Source of the DNA: Camelus dromedarius
Lineage: Eukaryota
Assembly: GCF_036321535.1 (NCBI RefSeq)
Contig: NC_087436.1
Location: 5,766,001-5,830,000, forward strand
Reading direction: 5' to 3'
DNA: 64,000 nucleotides
Below, in pieces: positions 1-13,540 of this stretch. Position 1 is the first letter of the stretch. Every line of letters starts with the position of its first letter. The notes beneath the pieces are model-generated. The model made no database searches. It worked only from the letters and a program-made list of their open reading frames with translations, and was not told where the DNA came from. The position numbers and the translations under genes are program-made.

Positions 1-1019
1 TGATATTTATAAATGTTAATTGAGTTTCTTTGTGAGCACTAGTCTAAGCACTAGGGGTCAATGATGGGAAACACATAACCCCTGAATAAGTTTACAATTG
101 CAAAATAAATTTATTTTACCAAACTACTTAGCTGTAAGTATACAATTATAAAGATAAAAATATTTAGATATAGACATATCCTATGTGATTATTAGCAGGA
201 TGTGATAAATGTGGACCACGATTAAGGTCCTTTAACTCGGCTTATTGTTTTTTAACCTATTCAGTTTGAATAGTTCCCAAAATACTCAGATATAGGTCAG
301 CTTATAGAGCATGGAAAGACTTTGGTCAGTTGTCTCATTTGCCGCTGTAATGTTTGCACTAAAATTGACCATAAGAAGGATCTGTAAGTAGCATTCCCTC
401 TAGTACAAATATTCTATGCATTAATAATGACACCAGTAACAGCCAATGCAACCCTACTTATTAGGTAGAGGACAGGCTTACTAATCACCTCAATACTAAC
501 TCCTCATTTCCCAGATTCGTGATCTCAGCCTCCTCCAGAGGATGGAGGAACTCCAGCCATGTGCAAATCTCCCTCTGAAATAATTGCACTTGCACTGATG
601 TGAGCTGCAGACACTGGTGAAATCACTGTTTCTGGTCCAAGTCTGTGTACAATATGAGAAACGTTCAAAGTGCTCTCCTGCAGATACATACCATTTCCTC
701 CTGCCTAACTCATTGCTACTGTGTCCATGTGGTTCTTATTTCTTTATTCTCCTTTGCCTGAATAGGACAAACAGGACTTAAGATATTCTGCAAAAGCCAC
801 AATTAGTTCACAACTTAAGATTTCCTTCCATGTTTATTTTCTCCTTTCTTTCCAGTCCAAAACAGTATTAGTCGCACTTCTTATTTCACAATCAGAATCC
901 GTTTCATCAGCACTGCATGAACACAGGGGTCTCTGTGACCCAACCTAACAGATTTCTACCATATCTGTACATCTCTCTATATATATCTCATTGAAATTAG
1001 TGAGCTCCAAATGACAACT

Positions 1020-2752
1020 AAACTCATTCATAAGACATATGCATGTCAGAGGGTAAGCCATCAATCTGAATAAAATCCAGGGGGCTTTTGCCATGGTGAA
1101 ATTTCTAGGAGTCCAGTGGTGGGGACATGTAAAGGTAGCCCTTCCAAGGTGAAGGGTAAGTTGTTGCATCTGACCTCTCCTACCGCCAGGAAAGAAGCAC
1201 AGTGCCTAGTGGGCCTCTTTGGACCTGGGAGGCAAGATGGTCCTCATCTGGATGTGTTCCTCCAGCCCATTTTCTGAGCAGTCTGAAAATCGGCTAGCTT
1301 TGAAGGGGACCCAGAACAGAGAAGTCTCAGCAAAGTCCAGGCAACTGTGCTGGCCATCGCACCACGTGGGCCACATGCTCCTGCAGACCCAGTGGTGCTG
1401 GAGGTGGCAGCGGTGGGTCCAGCTGCTCTTTGGAACCTCTGGAAGGTCCTAGAGGGAACTTTCAGGGCAGACCTTTAGGATTTTGAAGGATGATCCACCA
1501 TCATCATAATTACCCTCCCTCTAAGAGACCACTCTTGGTCTGCTCCTCAGCGTTGGTGGAGACCAAACTCTTCACCCTGGGCTACCAAGTTACCATGTGA
1601 TCCAAGCTGCCCATCACCAACTGGGTGTTATCTGGGCCACAAAGCCACGAATTTGAGCTTGAGAAGCCACACTTTATCATAAAATGGAAATGGAACATAT
1701 GTGATCGGGCCATCAGGGCCATAGAGCACAAGAAAGTTACATGAAGAAGTGGTCCAAATGTCCATGGGGACTATAGCCCCAGAGAGCCCAGCAACACTGC
1801 CTTTCTACCTCTAACCCTACACCTGTCACCTCATGGAGAGGTCTCTACATCTAGTTGACAAAGGAAGAGAAAACTAGGGTCTGGTTGACATATGGTTCTT
1901 CACAATATGCAGACACCACCCAGAAGTGGGCAGATACAATGTTACTGCCCTTCTCTGGAACATCCCTGAAGGACACAGTGAAGGGAAATCCTTCCAGGGG
2001 GTGGCACTTTGGGCAATGCAGCTGGTTACTCACATTTTTGGAAGGAGAAATTGCCAGACATGTGATGATACCAATTCATGGGCTGTAGCCAACGACTGCA
2101 TTGGTTGGATGGTCAAGGACTTGGAAGGAACATGATTGGAAAGTTGGTGACAAAGAAATTTGAGGGTAACGTATGTGAATATTCTTGTCTCAAAGGGCAA
2201 AAGACATTAAGATATTTGTGTCCCAGAGCAAACACAAGCATCTCAGCAGACAGAGAATTTAAAAATCAAGTAGCTTGGATGACACATTCTGTGAATACCC
2301 ATAAGCCTCTTTCCTGCTCCCCCTTTCTTTGCCCAGTGGGCTCATGAAAACAAAGTGGCCATGGTGGCAAGGATGGAGGTCTTGCATGGTTTCAGCAGCA
2401 AGGACTTCAATTCACCAAGGCCGACCTAGCTCTAGGCCCAGCTAGGTGCCCAGTACTGGGCTTCTGATGTGACATCCTTTCCCAGGGTTATCAGCCAGCT
2501 ACTTGGTAGTAGGTTGAATACATCGGACCACCTCCAATGTGTTATGGAAGGGCAGTGTTTTGTTCTTACTGGAATAAACACCCTGGATTCAGATTGGCCT
2601 TTTCTGCACACAATGCTTCTCATCTTACAGAATGCCTTGTTCACAATCATGACGCTCCACACAGCATGGCTTCTGATTAGGAACTCAGTTCATGTCAAAA
2701 GAAGCTTGGCAGCAGGCCCATGCCCAAGGAATCCACTGGTCTTACCATGTTG
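1020..2752 (+). mobile_element. ERV-L (class III endogenous retrovirus) internal pol fragment: RT C-terminus, tether, RNase H, start of integrase; decayed
   Basis: Frameshifted translations resemble HERV-L/MERV-L Pol in the right order: KIQG..VKFLGVQW, PSKVKGKLLHL, KEAQCLVGLFG, IIKWKWNI, EEKTRVWLTYGS (ERV-L AWFTDGS), NSWAVAN, GQCFVLTGINT, IHWSYHV. Many stops and frameshifts. Confidence 0.92.
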
Positions 2753-2762
2753 GGGACCATTT

Positions 2763-3078
2763 TGTACATAATAGCACTATGACTAAAACAATGCACATAC
2801 CTTAATTAAAAAATACTTTATGGCTGAAAAATGCTAATCCTCATCTAAGCCACCAGAGGGGCATACTAGTAACATCAAAGGTCACTGAAGACAGGTCACC
2901 ATAAAAATATGACAATATAGAGAATGTTTGGAATATTGTTGTCAACAAAAGCTGTGACATGAAGTGAGCAAGTGTTGTTGGGGAGATGGTGCCGACTGAC
3001 TTGTCGTGGGGTCACCACAAACCTTTACGTTGTAAAAAACACAGTGTCTGTGAAGCACAGTAAAGTGAGGTACGCCTG
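2763..3078 (-). mobile_element. Tigger1-derived non-autonomous DNA transposon (Tigger1a-like), one end missing
   Basis: Ends in aagtgaggtacgcctg, the reverse complement of the Tigger1 terminus caggcatacctc. Both Tigger1 terminal regions are joined internally near 2850-2870. Confidence 0.85.
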
Positions 3079-3080
3079 TG

Positions 3081-3129
3081 CCTGTTTATATATCCCATTG
3101 GTTCTGTTCCGCTGCAGAACCCTACTACA
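3081..3129 (+). mobile_element. MLT2-type LTR 3' end remnant (ERV-L LTR)
   Basis: tatatcccattggttctgttccgctgcagaaccctactaca resembles the MLT2 3' terminus and is co-oriented with the ERV-L pol. Confidence 0.7.
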
Positions 3130-6100
3130 CTTCCTAGGAGAGCATGGCATATTCACAAAGATAGATTACATTAGAGAGCAAAGAGGCTATCTTTTCAAAA
3201 GGATGAAGATGAGAACTGAATTTGATGTCATAAAACCACAGTTCTTGAACTAATGCTGCCCGTACTTAAACAACCTAAACAGAAATGATCTTAAGTCCCC
3301 CAGGTACCCTAGTTCTTCATTAATAAAATGAGGGAATTTGATGTAATAGTCTCTCAGGAGTTTTCCACGTACAAAGTTTTACATTTCTATAATAAAGTAA
3401 TAGCAAGCGTACAACTGTTGTTGTTACTGAGCTCATAATTTTGGATGAATACACATTACAAAAGGGAAGTTAGCATTGTTAGTACCATTTTTGAATAGCA
3501 AGGGAAGACAAAACAAGCATGAACGCATGAAAGGAAAATACAACATGTCCTTGACCTTTGCAGTAGGAGTTGGTATTATTCTATTCTGTCTGAGTTAAGC
3601 TTTCCTGAAAAATGTATGAAGCTTATTATAGATATATGGAAAGATGATTAGTATTCTGTCTACTATGTTATGGTCCGCCATTCACATTTTATAGGCATCT
3701 GTATACAGAATGAAGCATCTAAAGATACCAGAAAAGAGAGTGTAAATTATTAATTTAATGAATTGCAATAAATTGTGGCTGATAATCTAAAAGAGAAAAT
3801 TTAGTAACCAAAAAGCATGTCTGCATGTGTTTGTGGAGGACACAGCAGAACAGGTATGAAGCAGTGAGCTGAAATTTATTGAGGAGTAAAGATTTTCTGA
3901 ATGAGATTATGATAAAATAAAGAAGTAATTTCTTACACTAAGATGATGCTGGGTGATATACGACACTCAAAGAAGTGTCAAACAGAAGTAATTACAAATA
4001 AATTTTTTTTTTAGCATCACTGAACAAGATGTGAAAATGTCAAGGAGCTAACTGATAATGATTAGAAATATAACTTAAGCTAAGAACTTTGATCAATATC
4101 TCTCTAGGTGTAGGGACTTACTGTGCATACTAGGTGACTTCACTGCTATGGTTACAATAAGTTTAATCATATCAATGACATTAAATTCAGTAGACAAAAA
4201 AAAATATTGGTAAGCTGCTTTTCCTTGTGTCAGTGATAAAGTTTCCTAAGAGTTTATTGCATGGCTGAGAAAAGACTACAAATAGCCTTCATGAGTCCTG
4301 ATGTCACTCTACTCATGACTTTCTTCCTGCACGTAGGAGACAAACATGCTGATGTATCATTTCTGTTCACCACTGAGCTAAAGCTAAGTTTTCATATGTT
4401 CCCATTAAAGATTCATGGGCTAGCCCAAAATAACGAATGAAAAAAAGGAGATGTTTTTTGAAAACAGAAATCATTTCAGACAGGTCATGACACATAATGG
4501 GAGAAAAAGAAATCTTTCATAGCCCTCATTATCATTTCTGGCTGGTGAAATTGTTTTGTTTTTCACTCCACCACCATACTAGAGAGTTTACGTAGACACT
4601 GCTTCTGCCTATTGGTAGAGTTCATGCTTTCCAACATGGCGGCAGGTGTTGCTTTGTATAGATTATACTGAGGGAAAAAAGAATGGAGTAGGTTGACTCT
4701 TTTTCCATATTTTTAAAAGAAAATCCACATATTTGAGAGAAAAGGAGAAATCAACACAGAATACCAGCTTGGAATTTAAAGATCTTGTGAAACAACTTGT
4801 CTGTACAGTTTATGAAATTTTTTGAGGTACATTGATTGCAGTCTCTTTAAGATGTAGCATCTCCAACCACAGAAGTGAAAATAAAACCACAAGGACTGGG
4901 CACCTTGCCTTGGGACAGACAGTTGATTAGGAGCAGGAAGTCACTGATGACAAGTCCAGATTGGAGTTACTTTAGTGGAAGATTCTAAGTATTACCAAGC
5001 TGCCGCCAAAATTGGCACGTCCACTGATGTATTCAGTCATTTAATGAATCAGTGATCGTTTCACTCCATAAATCATAAACATTATACAGTGAATGACAAT
5101 TTATTGGGGATCAATTCCTGTGTTAAGGTTTGTTGATACAAAAATGAATAACACATAGTTCTGCCCTCAAAAAATTTCCAGCTTCACAAAATTTATCTGC
5201 TTTATTTGCAATCAGTATATTTTTCTTTCTAAATTGTATTTTATTAGATTAAATAATCTCTCCACCCCATCTTCACTTGATTCCTGACTTCATCTTCCTG
5301 AACAAATTATGAAAAAATACTTTGCTTATAATTCATGGCTAAATTTTTTCTCTCTTAGACTATCTATCTCCTTAGGTTTATACATAAAATCAATATAAAT
5401 TTAAAAGTTTAACAAGCTTGGACCACAATAAATTAGGTATTAATTATCAGGATGAATTATGAATATTTATATGTTTTCTTAGTGAAGCAACCACAATATA
5501 TGTCAACAAGGACAAGGGAAAGTTAATGAGCTGAATATTTGGAGTAACTGAAAGTTAAAAGAGAAAATAAATTCAAGGAGACACCCCTTAAGCATCTGAA
5601 AAAGTAGGAGTAAAATACACGTGCTAAGATGCATTTCATTAAAAGTATTTCTAGAAAGCACTGATGAAAGGAGAAAATAAAATAAATTGTAACTTGATTT
5701 ATTTTTGGTATTACTAAATAAGCCTTAAACAAAATACAGAGCTTGAACTCGTACAAGCGAAAGATACTCAGAAGAAGTTTGCCGCCCCTACAAGGCTGCC
5801 TTTGCTTGAGTAACTCAAAGGAAATTGAAATTCGCCATCTTGAGATACTTGGGATTCAATGGAACATTCATTAACTGATACAGATCTTGAGTTCCAAGTC
5901 CTTGTCAGCACTCGAGGAAGCTGATTGAATTCTGGATCTTTAGTCTTAAAGTTGTCTTTTACACTCTTATCATTAGTCTCTTCTGGTCAGTTTAATGGAA
6001 CACGAATTCATGATAAGAGGTGCACTGAATAAGTTACTTGATAATACTGTATTGTGTGTATTGTGTTTCAAATCCATTGCTCTTTCTTTTCCCAGTCAAA

Positions 6101-6887
6101 TTAAATACGATTTTGAAGATTAATTCTTGTCATATAGCAAGTGAAATCAACAACATAGAATAATGAGAAAAGAATTTTGCAAAATGAATTTCAAAGCGCA
6201 GGAAATTTTACGTGGCTGAAGTTAGGAAGACGACACCTGTGATAAAGTTGTTATGATAAAATCACGGCGAGGATGGTTTAAAGTGGAATGAGAATTCACT
6301 TAAAACTTAAACACATGCATGTTAAATGAATTGGGTGGAGCCTACTGCTCCCTACTTTGGGAAAGTATTGTACTTCATTTTTAGATCATTTTTCAAGAAA
6401 TTAAACTAGAAAGATGAACTGCACCAGTTTCCCTAATCTTTGATATAGTGTCTCAAATACATTGAGGTTTAAAATTTGTTCATTAATTAATATCATTGGA
6501 CACATACGACAAATTACAAATTACAAAATTATTTTGTAATAAGTTCACTAAAGATGAAAGGAAATCATTGTCATAAGAAATCAGTGTCTCTGAAGTCCTT
6601 TCCCAACTTTGTCCAATTTTTATTGCCCTTGGCAGCCTTTAGTCTATTTGTGATTGGAGAACAAAAGTGTCCTCTAGGGTCAGAGAAGCAGTTTCTAGTT
6701 TGATTTCTCATTCCCATAGTTTTGATTCGTTTAAAAATAAAAACATATAGAGAGAGGTTGATTCTGCAACCACAAGCTGAAAATTAACTCAGATTTTGAT
6801 TGTGAAACCAAACTATTTTATGGATTTGAAACCAGGATTACAGAAACAGTATTTCCAAAATTTATTTTAAAACATGTATTATACCTT

Positions 6888-7130
6888 AATGTACATCAAC
6901 AGATGACTGGGTAAAAAAGGTGTGGTATATTTATACAATGGAATACTACTCAGCCATAAAAAAGAATAAAATAATGCATTTGCAGCAAGATGGATGGACG
7001 AGGAGATTGTCATTCTAAGTGAAGTAAGTCAGACTGAGAAAGAAAAAAATGTCATATAATATCACTAATATGTGGAATTCAAAAAAAATGAAACACATGA
7101 ACTTCTTTACAAAACAAAAACAGATTCACT
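6888..7130 (+). mobile_element. L1 fragment, ORF2 C-terminus and start of 3' UTR
   Basis: tgtggtatatttatacaatggaatactactcagccataaaaaagaa is the classic L1 ORF2 end (WYIYTMEYYSAIKK); similar to copies near 34.2 and 61.3 kb. Confidence 0.9.
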
Positions 7131-7274
7131 GGTGTTGCTGAACATAGTAAACACAACGAAACACAACCCAGATCTGACTGGAGTGTTTGACCCTCCTATA
7201 GTAAATGGCCTCATCACACAAGAGAACAGCCCCCACTGTCATACACCAACATCTGACTTTCAACCCAAAATTCA

Positions 7275-7510
7275 GTGACACAAAAGAGCAAGAATAAGAA
7301 CAAACTGTCAAGAACCAAATGAATCAAAACAGCAATACTGATATGTAACCCAGATGTTCGAACCATCAGACAGGGAATTCAAAACAGCTAGGATGAATGT
7401 GCTGCAGGCTTATAGAAAAGCTTCAGCATGGGCATGACCAGGTAGGTAATTTCATCAGGCTAATGGAAACTACAAGAAATAATCAAGCTGAAATGCTAGA
7501 GATGAAAAAC
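7275..7510 (+). mobile_element. Old L1 ORF1 N-terminal fragment
   Basis: cagatgttcgaaccatcagacagggaattcaaaacagctagg..gaaatgctagagatgaaaaac resembles L1M ORF1 and the segment at about 11260-11430. Confidence 0.65.
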
Positions 7511-8284
7511 AAGTGGGTTTTAACCCACTTTTTTAAAATTAGAAAGAATTTTTTGTGTGTCTGATTAATTGAAATGCCTCACATGGAGCTTAGCTACTCA
7601 GATTCCATTGTGCCTCCCTAACTCTGAGCATCGATTCTCAGCCATGTTCATAGACCAAACTGGCCTGTGTTCCCTTCTCATCATCAATTCCAACTAGCTG
7701 AGAATATTTTAAATTATGAAGCACAAGGTAAAGCATTAGGTAAAACAGTACAAAACCAAAGCCATGCATTTTCTGATGATTCAGGACCTGATCATATCTG
7801 CCCAATGTTCTGTCTCATTTTAATTCATGGCTGCCTTGAGTACACTGCAAGATTCTCCATCTGGTTTGTTTATTATTGTTTTTGGGATTGTGCAGAAATG
7901 AAGAATGTGTATTTATGCTATAACTGTGAAATGAAGAAATGTGATGAACAGAGGGTCTGCCTGGCCAAAATTAAAGGAATGGTAAAAATAAATGATTTTG
8001 TTATTTAGGTCTACAGGTGTTAAGTTTTTCCTCACTGCTTTGACATTCTGTGATCATCTGCGTAGTGCTTGGTTTTTAAATTTCTTCTGTAGTAGGTGGA
8101 ACATTTATCATTTTATAAAACTCTATGGAGTCTATTCAGAAAACCGTGCACTGGAAACTGCTAGAGACTCAGTTTATTAAACATTTAATGATTAATATAT
8201 TTTTGTATATATGAAGTCAACGATATTTCAGATTCTTTCTCCATCACTACAAACCTCAGTCCCCTTCAGGCGGTTCAGACTTTG

Positions 8285-8392
8285 GGATTCTGCTTATCTA
8301 GATCTTGTACGTAACTTGTTAGATTGATATCTAAATATTTCATTTTCTTGAGTGTTAATGTAAATGACATCGCATTTTCAATTTTAAATTCT
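8285..8392 (-). mobile_element. Short old L1 ORF2 fragment
   Basis: ttgttagattgatatctaaatatttcatttt..gtaaatg is typical antisense L1 ORF2 (KYLGINLT-like on the minus strand). Confidence 0.55.
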
Positions 8393-10519
8393 GCTTCTAC
8401 TGCAGCTGAAGACCCCTTTCAGCCATGCAGCGTCATGCCAGCCCCTGTGACTGGGATGCTGGTGTTTTTGTCAAGAGAGGGATATTGGTGTAGCTCTCAT
8501 CATTTTGATGCTCAGCTGAGTTGAAATCCGCTCAAAGGTAGAAAAGAACAACCTCTGGGCCACATTTTGCACACACACCCAAACACAAGGAACAACTCTA
8601 TACTTTCACAAATATCTCTGTCTCTACTCATTGGTGTTCAAAATCAGTTCAAAGGATCAAAAGAAGGACCAAACCACTTTCATATAATTTATCCCTCTCT
8701 TCTCCCCTCCTTCCTCCCGGTCACCCTAATTACCCAACCATGACTCAACATTATCAAACCCTAATTTCCCTCCTTCATCTACAGTTGCAAAACACATTCT
8801 TCAGTGCATGGAAGACAAGACAAACCCACAGCCCTAGTGGGCTGGAGTGTATCTGTGCATGAAAAAACACGTAGGCGGTGAATGGAGTGGCGATCCGGTG
8901 ACTTTCCCACCTAATTCAGCACCAGATGGATAAAACTGCTATCATACTGTAGGGCAGTGTGATAAATCAATGGGAAGAGACACAGTTAATTAACATCCTG
9001 CATTGCTGAAGGAAGATCTGCGGGAACAGCTGGCCATTCACTTGGAGGAAAGAATACATTTGCCATGTTATATTAAAAGTTCTATTTGAGATCTGGAACT
9101 AAAGCTGGGTGCAGAATACCACTCATAGGAACCATCCAAATCCCAATATTATCAAGAAGCAAATACCTGTTTTGCCTGATCAAGAGATAATAAAGAATGA
9201 CCACGGGTGGATGTTAGAATTGATTTAAAGTTCTTTCACTGAATTAATTAACCTTAAAGATTTTCTAAGAACTCATATTCCTTATAATAATTAACCCTGT
9301 CCTGTGCTTTCCATGTATTATATTATCTTTGGGAGTAAGATAAAAATAAAATTTGCTATACTTGGACTCATATAGCTGGTAGGAAAATCTAGATGTGTGT
9401 CTGAGATATGGCGTGTAACATTCCATCTAAAATCTCCTTATCTGTTCAAAGGTACCTTTTTTTTCTTTTCCGTTTCTATAGAAGCCTAAAGCAAATAGCT
9501 GCGCTTTCTTTTTTGCTCCCTGGAGGAAGGCAAATAACACTGAAAATATCTTTGCCTAATTACATTTACTCTCAAGGGGTACTTTGGTCATTGTCTTACA
9601 GGTGAACTTGATCAAGGGATGAGGAAGTCCGTGTGAACACACGGAAGAACACTTGTAATCTTTCCCCTCTTGAGAAAAGAGTCCTTCAACATAAGCATGA
9701 CTTACTCTCTGTTTATGAAAATAGCTGCATGAAAGCATTATACAGGCATTAACATGCCTTAGGGCATAAATCACAGACACAGGGACTGAGAGAGAGAGAG
9801 GCTGCTATTTTAGGTGAACAGGAGAGCTGTGTATGTGAGTTTTGAGAACCTGCCCCGTTGGGGTCAGCAGAGCTAATTCAGACAAGGTTCAGTGGAGGTT
9901 GACATGACTGTCTTCAGAAGGAAGCTGCAAATGTCCTATCATGCACTGTGTGGCTCTGGGGAGCTTCACAGGACCAATTGAGACCAATTCTGTCAAAAGA
10001 ACATCTAAGGAACTTAGAAGAATAGGTCTTTGTAAGGACGTTTATGAGGCTTGGGAATGGGGAGCCAGAGAGAGCTGTGTGTCAAACTGTTCCTCCCCTA
10101 AATCACAATCGTCCTTTGCTACCTTTGAAAAATACAGCTTTGCTGCTCACAAGAAAAGCAGCCTAGATACAAGCTTGACCCAGGATTATTATCCTAGATG
10201 AACCTAGGATACACTAAAACAAAAACAAGACCCACCAGGGCCTTCAGGGTGGTTGTCACCAAATTCACAATCCTAAAACTTTCGGCTTTCTTCCTGCAGC
10301 CCAGAGAGCCCCTGGGCTTTCTGATTCTTCTCCAGAAAAACAAACAATGTCAACAACTTATCATGATTTTTCTATTCAGTGAAAAAGATATATAAATAAG
10401 CTTTTCTTAGCCTGTGGGTTAACTTTTTCAATCAGATAAACCAGGTTTACTAAGTGATTGCAAGCAGTGATGAATCGTGACCTCTTTGGAAACGTCACTG
10501 AAGAGCAAAGCCCCTTGAC

Positions 10520-13500
10520 GTTAGAACTGCGGGTGTAGTTCATAGGGTGGGGTTAATCGCCGCCTCTCTCCTCCCACTGGGATCCACACAAGGGGGTCGG
10601 GGCTTCCAGAGTGGAGACTCACAGAAGAAATGGCTGTGGGCATCAGTGCGGGGGAGGAGACCTAAACTGTGATGGGTGACTTACTAGAGGCTCAATGTGG
10701 GTAACTCAGAGTTAAAACTCCAGGGGTTTCAGACACTAGAGGGGGCCCCACAGTAATTGAGATTTACCTCTACGAGCTAGACCAGATCCCCATGGTAAAT
10801 ATCAGAGAAAAATACCCTGGGTTGTATATTGGGGGATGGGGGATGGGGGTGTGGAGGCAGAGGGGACCCTTTTGAAATAAACCTTGAGCACTGTGTTCAT
10901 CTTAACAAGCTGCCATCAGGAGGAACAAGTTAACCACAGCCTCGCCTGCTGGGTTATTATCAAAGCCTAACTGACCAGGGGGAAGGAAAAGACACAGCCT
11001 CAGTCCACTCTAGCCATCCTGCCCCACCGAATGGGGGAGAGAAGAACAGAGACGCTTGCAGAGGCACCAGCTCATGGGACGACTGACTCCCAGTCACAGG
11101 GCTAAAGAATGCTCCTCTCCCACACCGTCAGCCACATCCCTGCAGGCGTGTCTACAGCAGGTCCTTCTACCTGGGACATCATGCTTGGTTGTCAAGAAGA
11201 AAAACACAAGACACACCAAAAGGTAAAAATCACAGTTTGAAGAGACAGACATGACAGGGGTATTGGAATGATCAAAGCAGGGGTTCAAAACAACTATGAT
11301 TAATACACTAAGGACTCTAATAAGTAAAGTAGAGAGCATGCCAGAACTCACGGTCATTGTTGGCAGAGACATGGACATCCTGAGCAGGAATTGAAAAGAA
11401 ACACTAGAGATAGAAAAAACACTGTATCAGAAATAAAAATGCCTTTCATGGGCTTATTAGTAGATTGGACATGGCTGAGGAAGGACTGACCTAGAGGACA
11501 TACTAAAGGAATCCTTGAAAACCAAAGAGTGAAAAGAACAAAGGCTGAAAAGAAGCAGAACAGAAGACCAAAAGACTGTGGGACATATGCATAATGGGAA
11601 CACCAGAAGGACAAGGAAGGGAGAAAGGGGCAGAAGAAATATTTAAAACAATAATTACTGAGAATTTCTGCAAAGTAGTATGAGATAGCAAACTACCAGA
11701 AGCTTGGAGAATACTGAGAAGGATAAATACCAAAAAACCTACACTTAGGCATATTATTTTCAAATTATAGAAAATCAGTGAGAAAGAAAAAAATTCTGAA
11801 AGAAGCCAGGGGAACAAATATAAGAACCAGATTTGACTCCTGGAAAACAAGAAGAGAGTTGGGTTAAATGTTTAGTGTGGAGAGGAAAAAAACCCCTCAA
11901 ACTTATTTATATATATATACACAAACACACACACATACATATATGCATTGAAGAAGGAATAAGTAAATAAAACTTTTATTTTTCTTATTCTGAATTGATC
12001 TAACAGAAAATTCTGTTCAAAATCATAACAGTGACAACGTGTTTGATTATACATGCTTATGTCTGCACACACGTAAGTGAAATGAATGACAGCACAGATA
12101 ACAATGACAAGAGGAAGGGATCCAGATTATTTTGTTATTGTAAGGCACACATACTGCCCATGAAGTAGTAAAGTGTTATTTGAAAGCAGAATGGATTAGT
12201 GTAAATGTGTATTTCCAACTCGAGGGCAATCACTAAAAATGTGAAATAGAAGTATAATAATACATGCCAGGAAAAGAAAGAAATTCATATAAAATTCCCA
12301 GTTGCAACTACAAAAGATAGAGAAAGAGTAGAAGACAAGAATAGAAACTAAGACCACGGGCAACAGTGGATAATAGTGGCATATGTGGTAGCTATTAATT
12401 CGGCTAAATCAATAATCACTGTGAATGTCAATGGTCTAAATATATGAATTAGGACACAGAGACTGTCAGAGTGAATCAAAAACCATGACCCAACTATCTG
12501 TTGTCTACAAGAAACCCATTTTAAATACAAAGACATATATATAAACTAAAGGTAAAGGGGTAGAAAAATATATGTTATTTAAAAGAAGGCAGAAGTAACT
12601 ACATCAATTTTAGACAGAGCCGACTTCAACGTAAGGAAGGCTATCGGGGAACCCAGGGCACAACATGATAAAGGGGTCAGTTCTCCAGGACCGTAATAGT
12701 TCTTAGTGTGTATGTGCTTAACAACAGCGTCAAACTCCATGAAGTAAAAACTAATAGAGCTGCAAGGAGAAATAGGTAAATCTACTGTCAGAACTGGAGA
12801 CTTCAACAACCTTCTCTCAGAAATGGACAGATCCAGAAGGCAGAAAATCAGCCAGGACAGAGTTAAACTCACTAAACACCATCAATCAACCAGATAGAAT
12901 TGATGTCTGTAGACTACCTCATTTAACAGCAGCAAAAGGCACATTTTTCTTATGCTTACGAGGAATATTCGCCAAGATAGACTGTGTTGTGGACCATAAA
13001 ATACAACTTAACAAATTTAAAAGATGTGAAATCATACAATCTCTGCTCTCAGACCACAGTAGCATTAAACTAGAAATCAATAACTGAAAAATAGCAGGAG
13101 ACTCCCCAAATATGCGGAGATTAAACCACACATTTCTATGTAACATATGGATCAAAGGAGAAATCGCAAGAGAAATTTTAAAATATTTTGAACTAAAGGA
13201 AAATAAGAACACAACTTCAAAATCTGAGATACGCAGTGAACACAATGATTATAGGGAAATTGGAGTATTGAATTCATACATTAGAATAGAAGAAAAATCT
13301 ACAGCCAACAATCTAAGTTTCCACCTTTCTTTCTAGAAGAAAAGAAATTGAAAACAATTAGAGTAGAAATTAATAAAATGGAAAACAGGAAGCCAATAGA
13401 CAACTGACAGATAGATTCTAAAGTTCACAAGGCATGACACAGGATATGGACCAGTCAACACGATGTTGAAGAAAAAGGATGGAGGTGACTGCTGCTACTT

Positions 13501-13540
13501 GCCTTCAGGACTTACTGTAAAGCTGCAGCGATCAAGAATC
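10520..13540 (+). mobile_element. Decayed L1 (L1MC/L1MD-like): 5' UTR, ORF1, inter-ORF region, ORF2 endonuclease; RT core apparently deleted
   Basis: ORF1-like sequence at about 11260-11900. ORF2 endonuclease motifs SIITVNVNGLN (about 12410), DPTICCLQETHFK, GDFNNLLSEMDRS and LSDHSSIKLEIN. Jumps to post-RT-like sequence near 13400. Confidence 0.9.

Noticed and set aside
1020..2752. Domesticated or functional retroviral pol gene
   Set aside because: Multiple frameshifts and stops, an altered RNase H catalytic motif and a truncated integrase.
2849..2863. CTCF-like words here and near 10733 and 32592
   Set aside because: Spacing or core mismatches to CCASYAGRKGGC, and two lie inside repeats.
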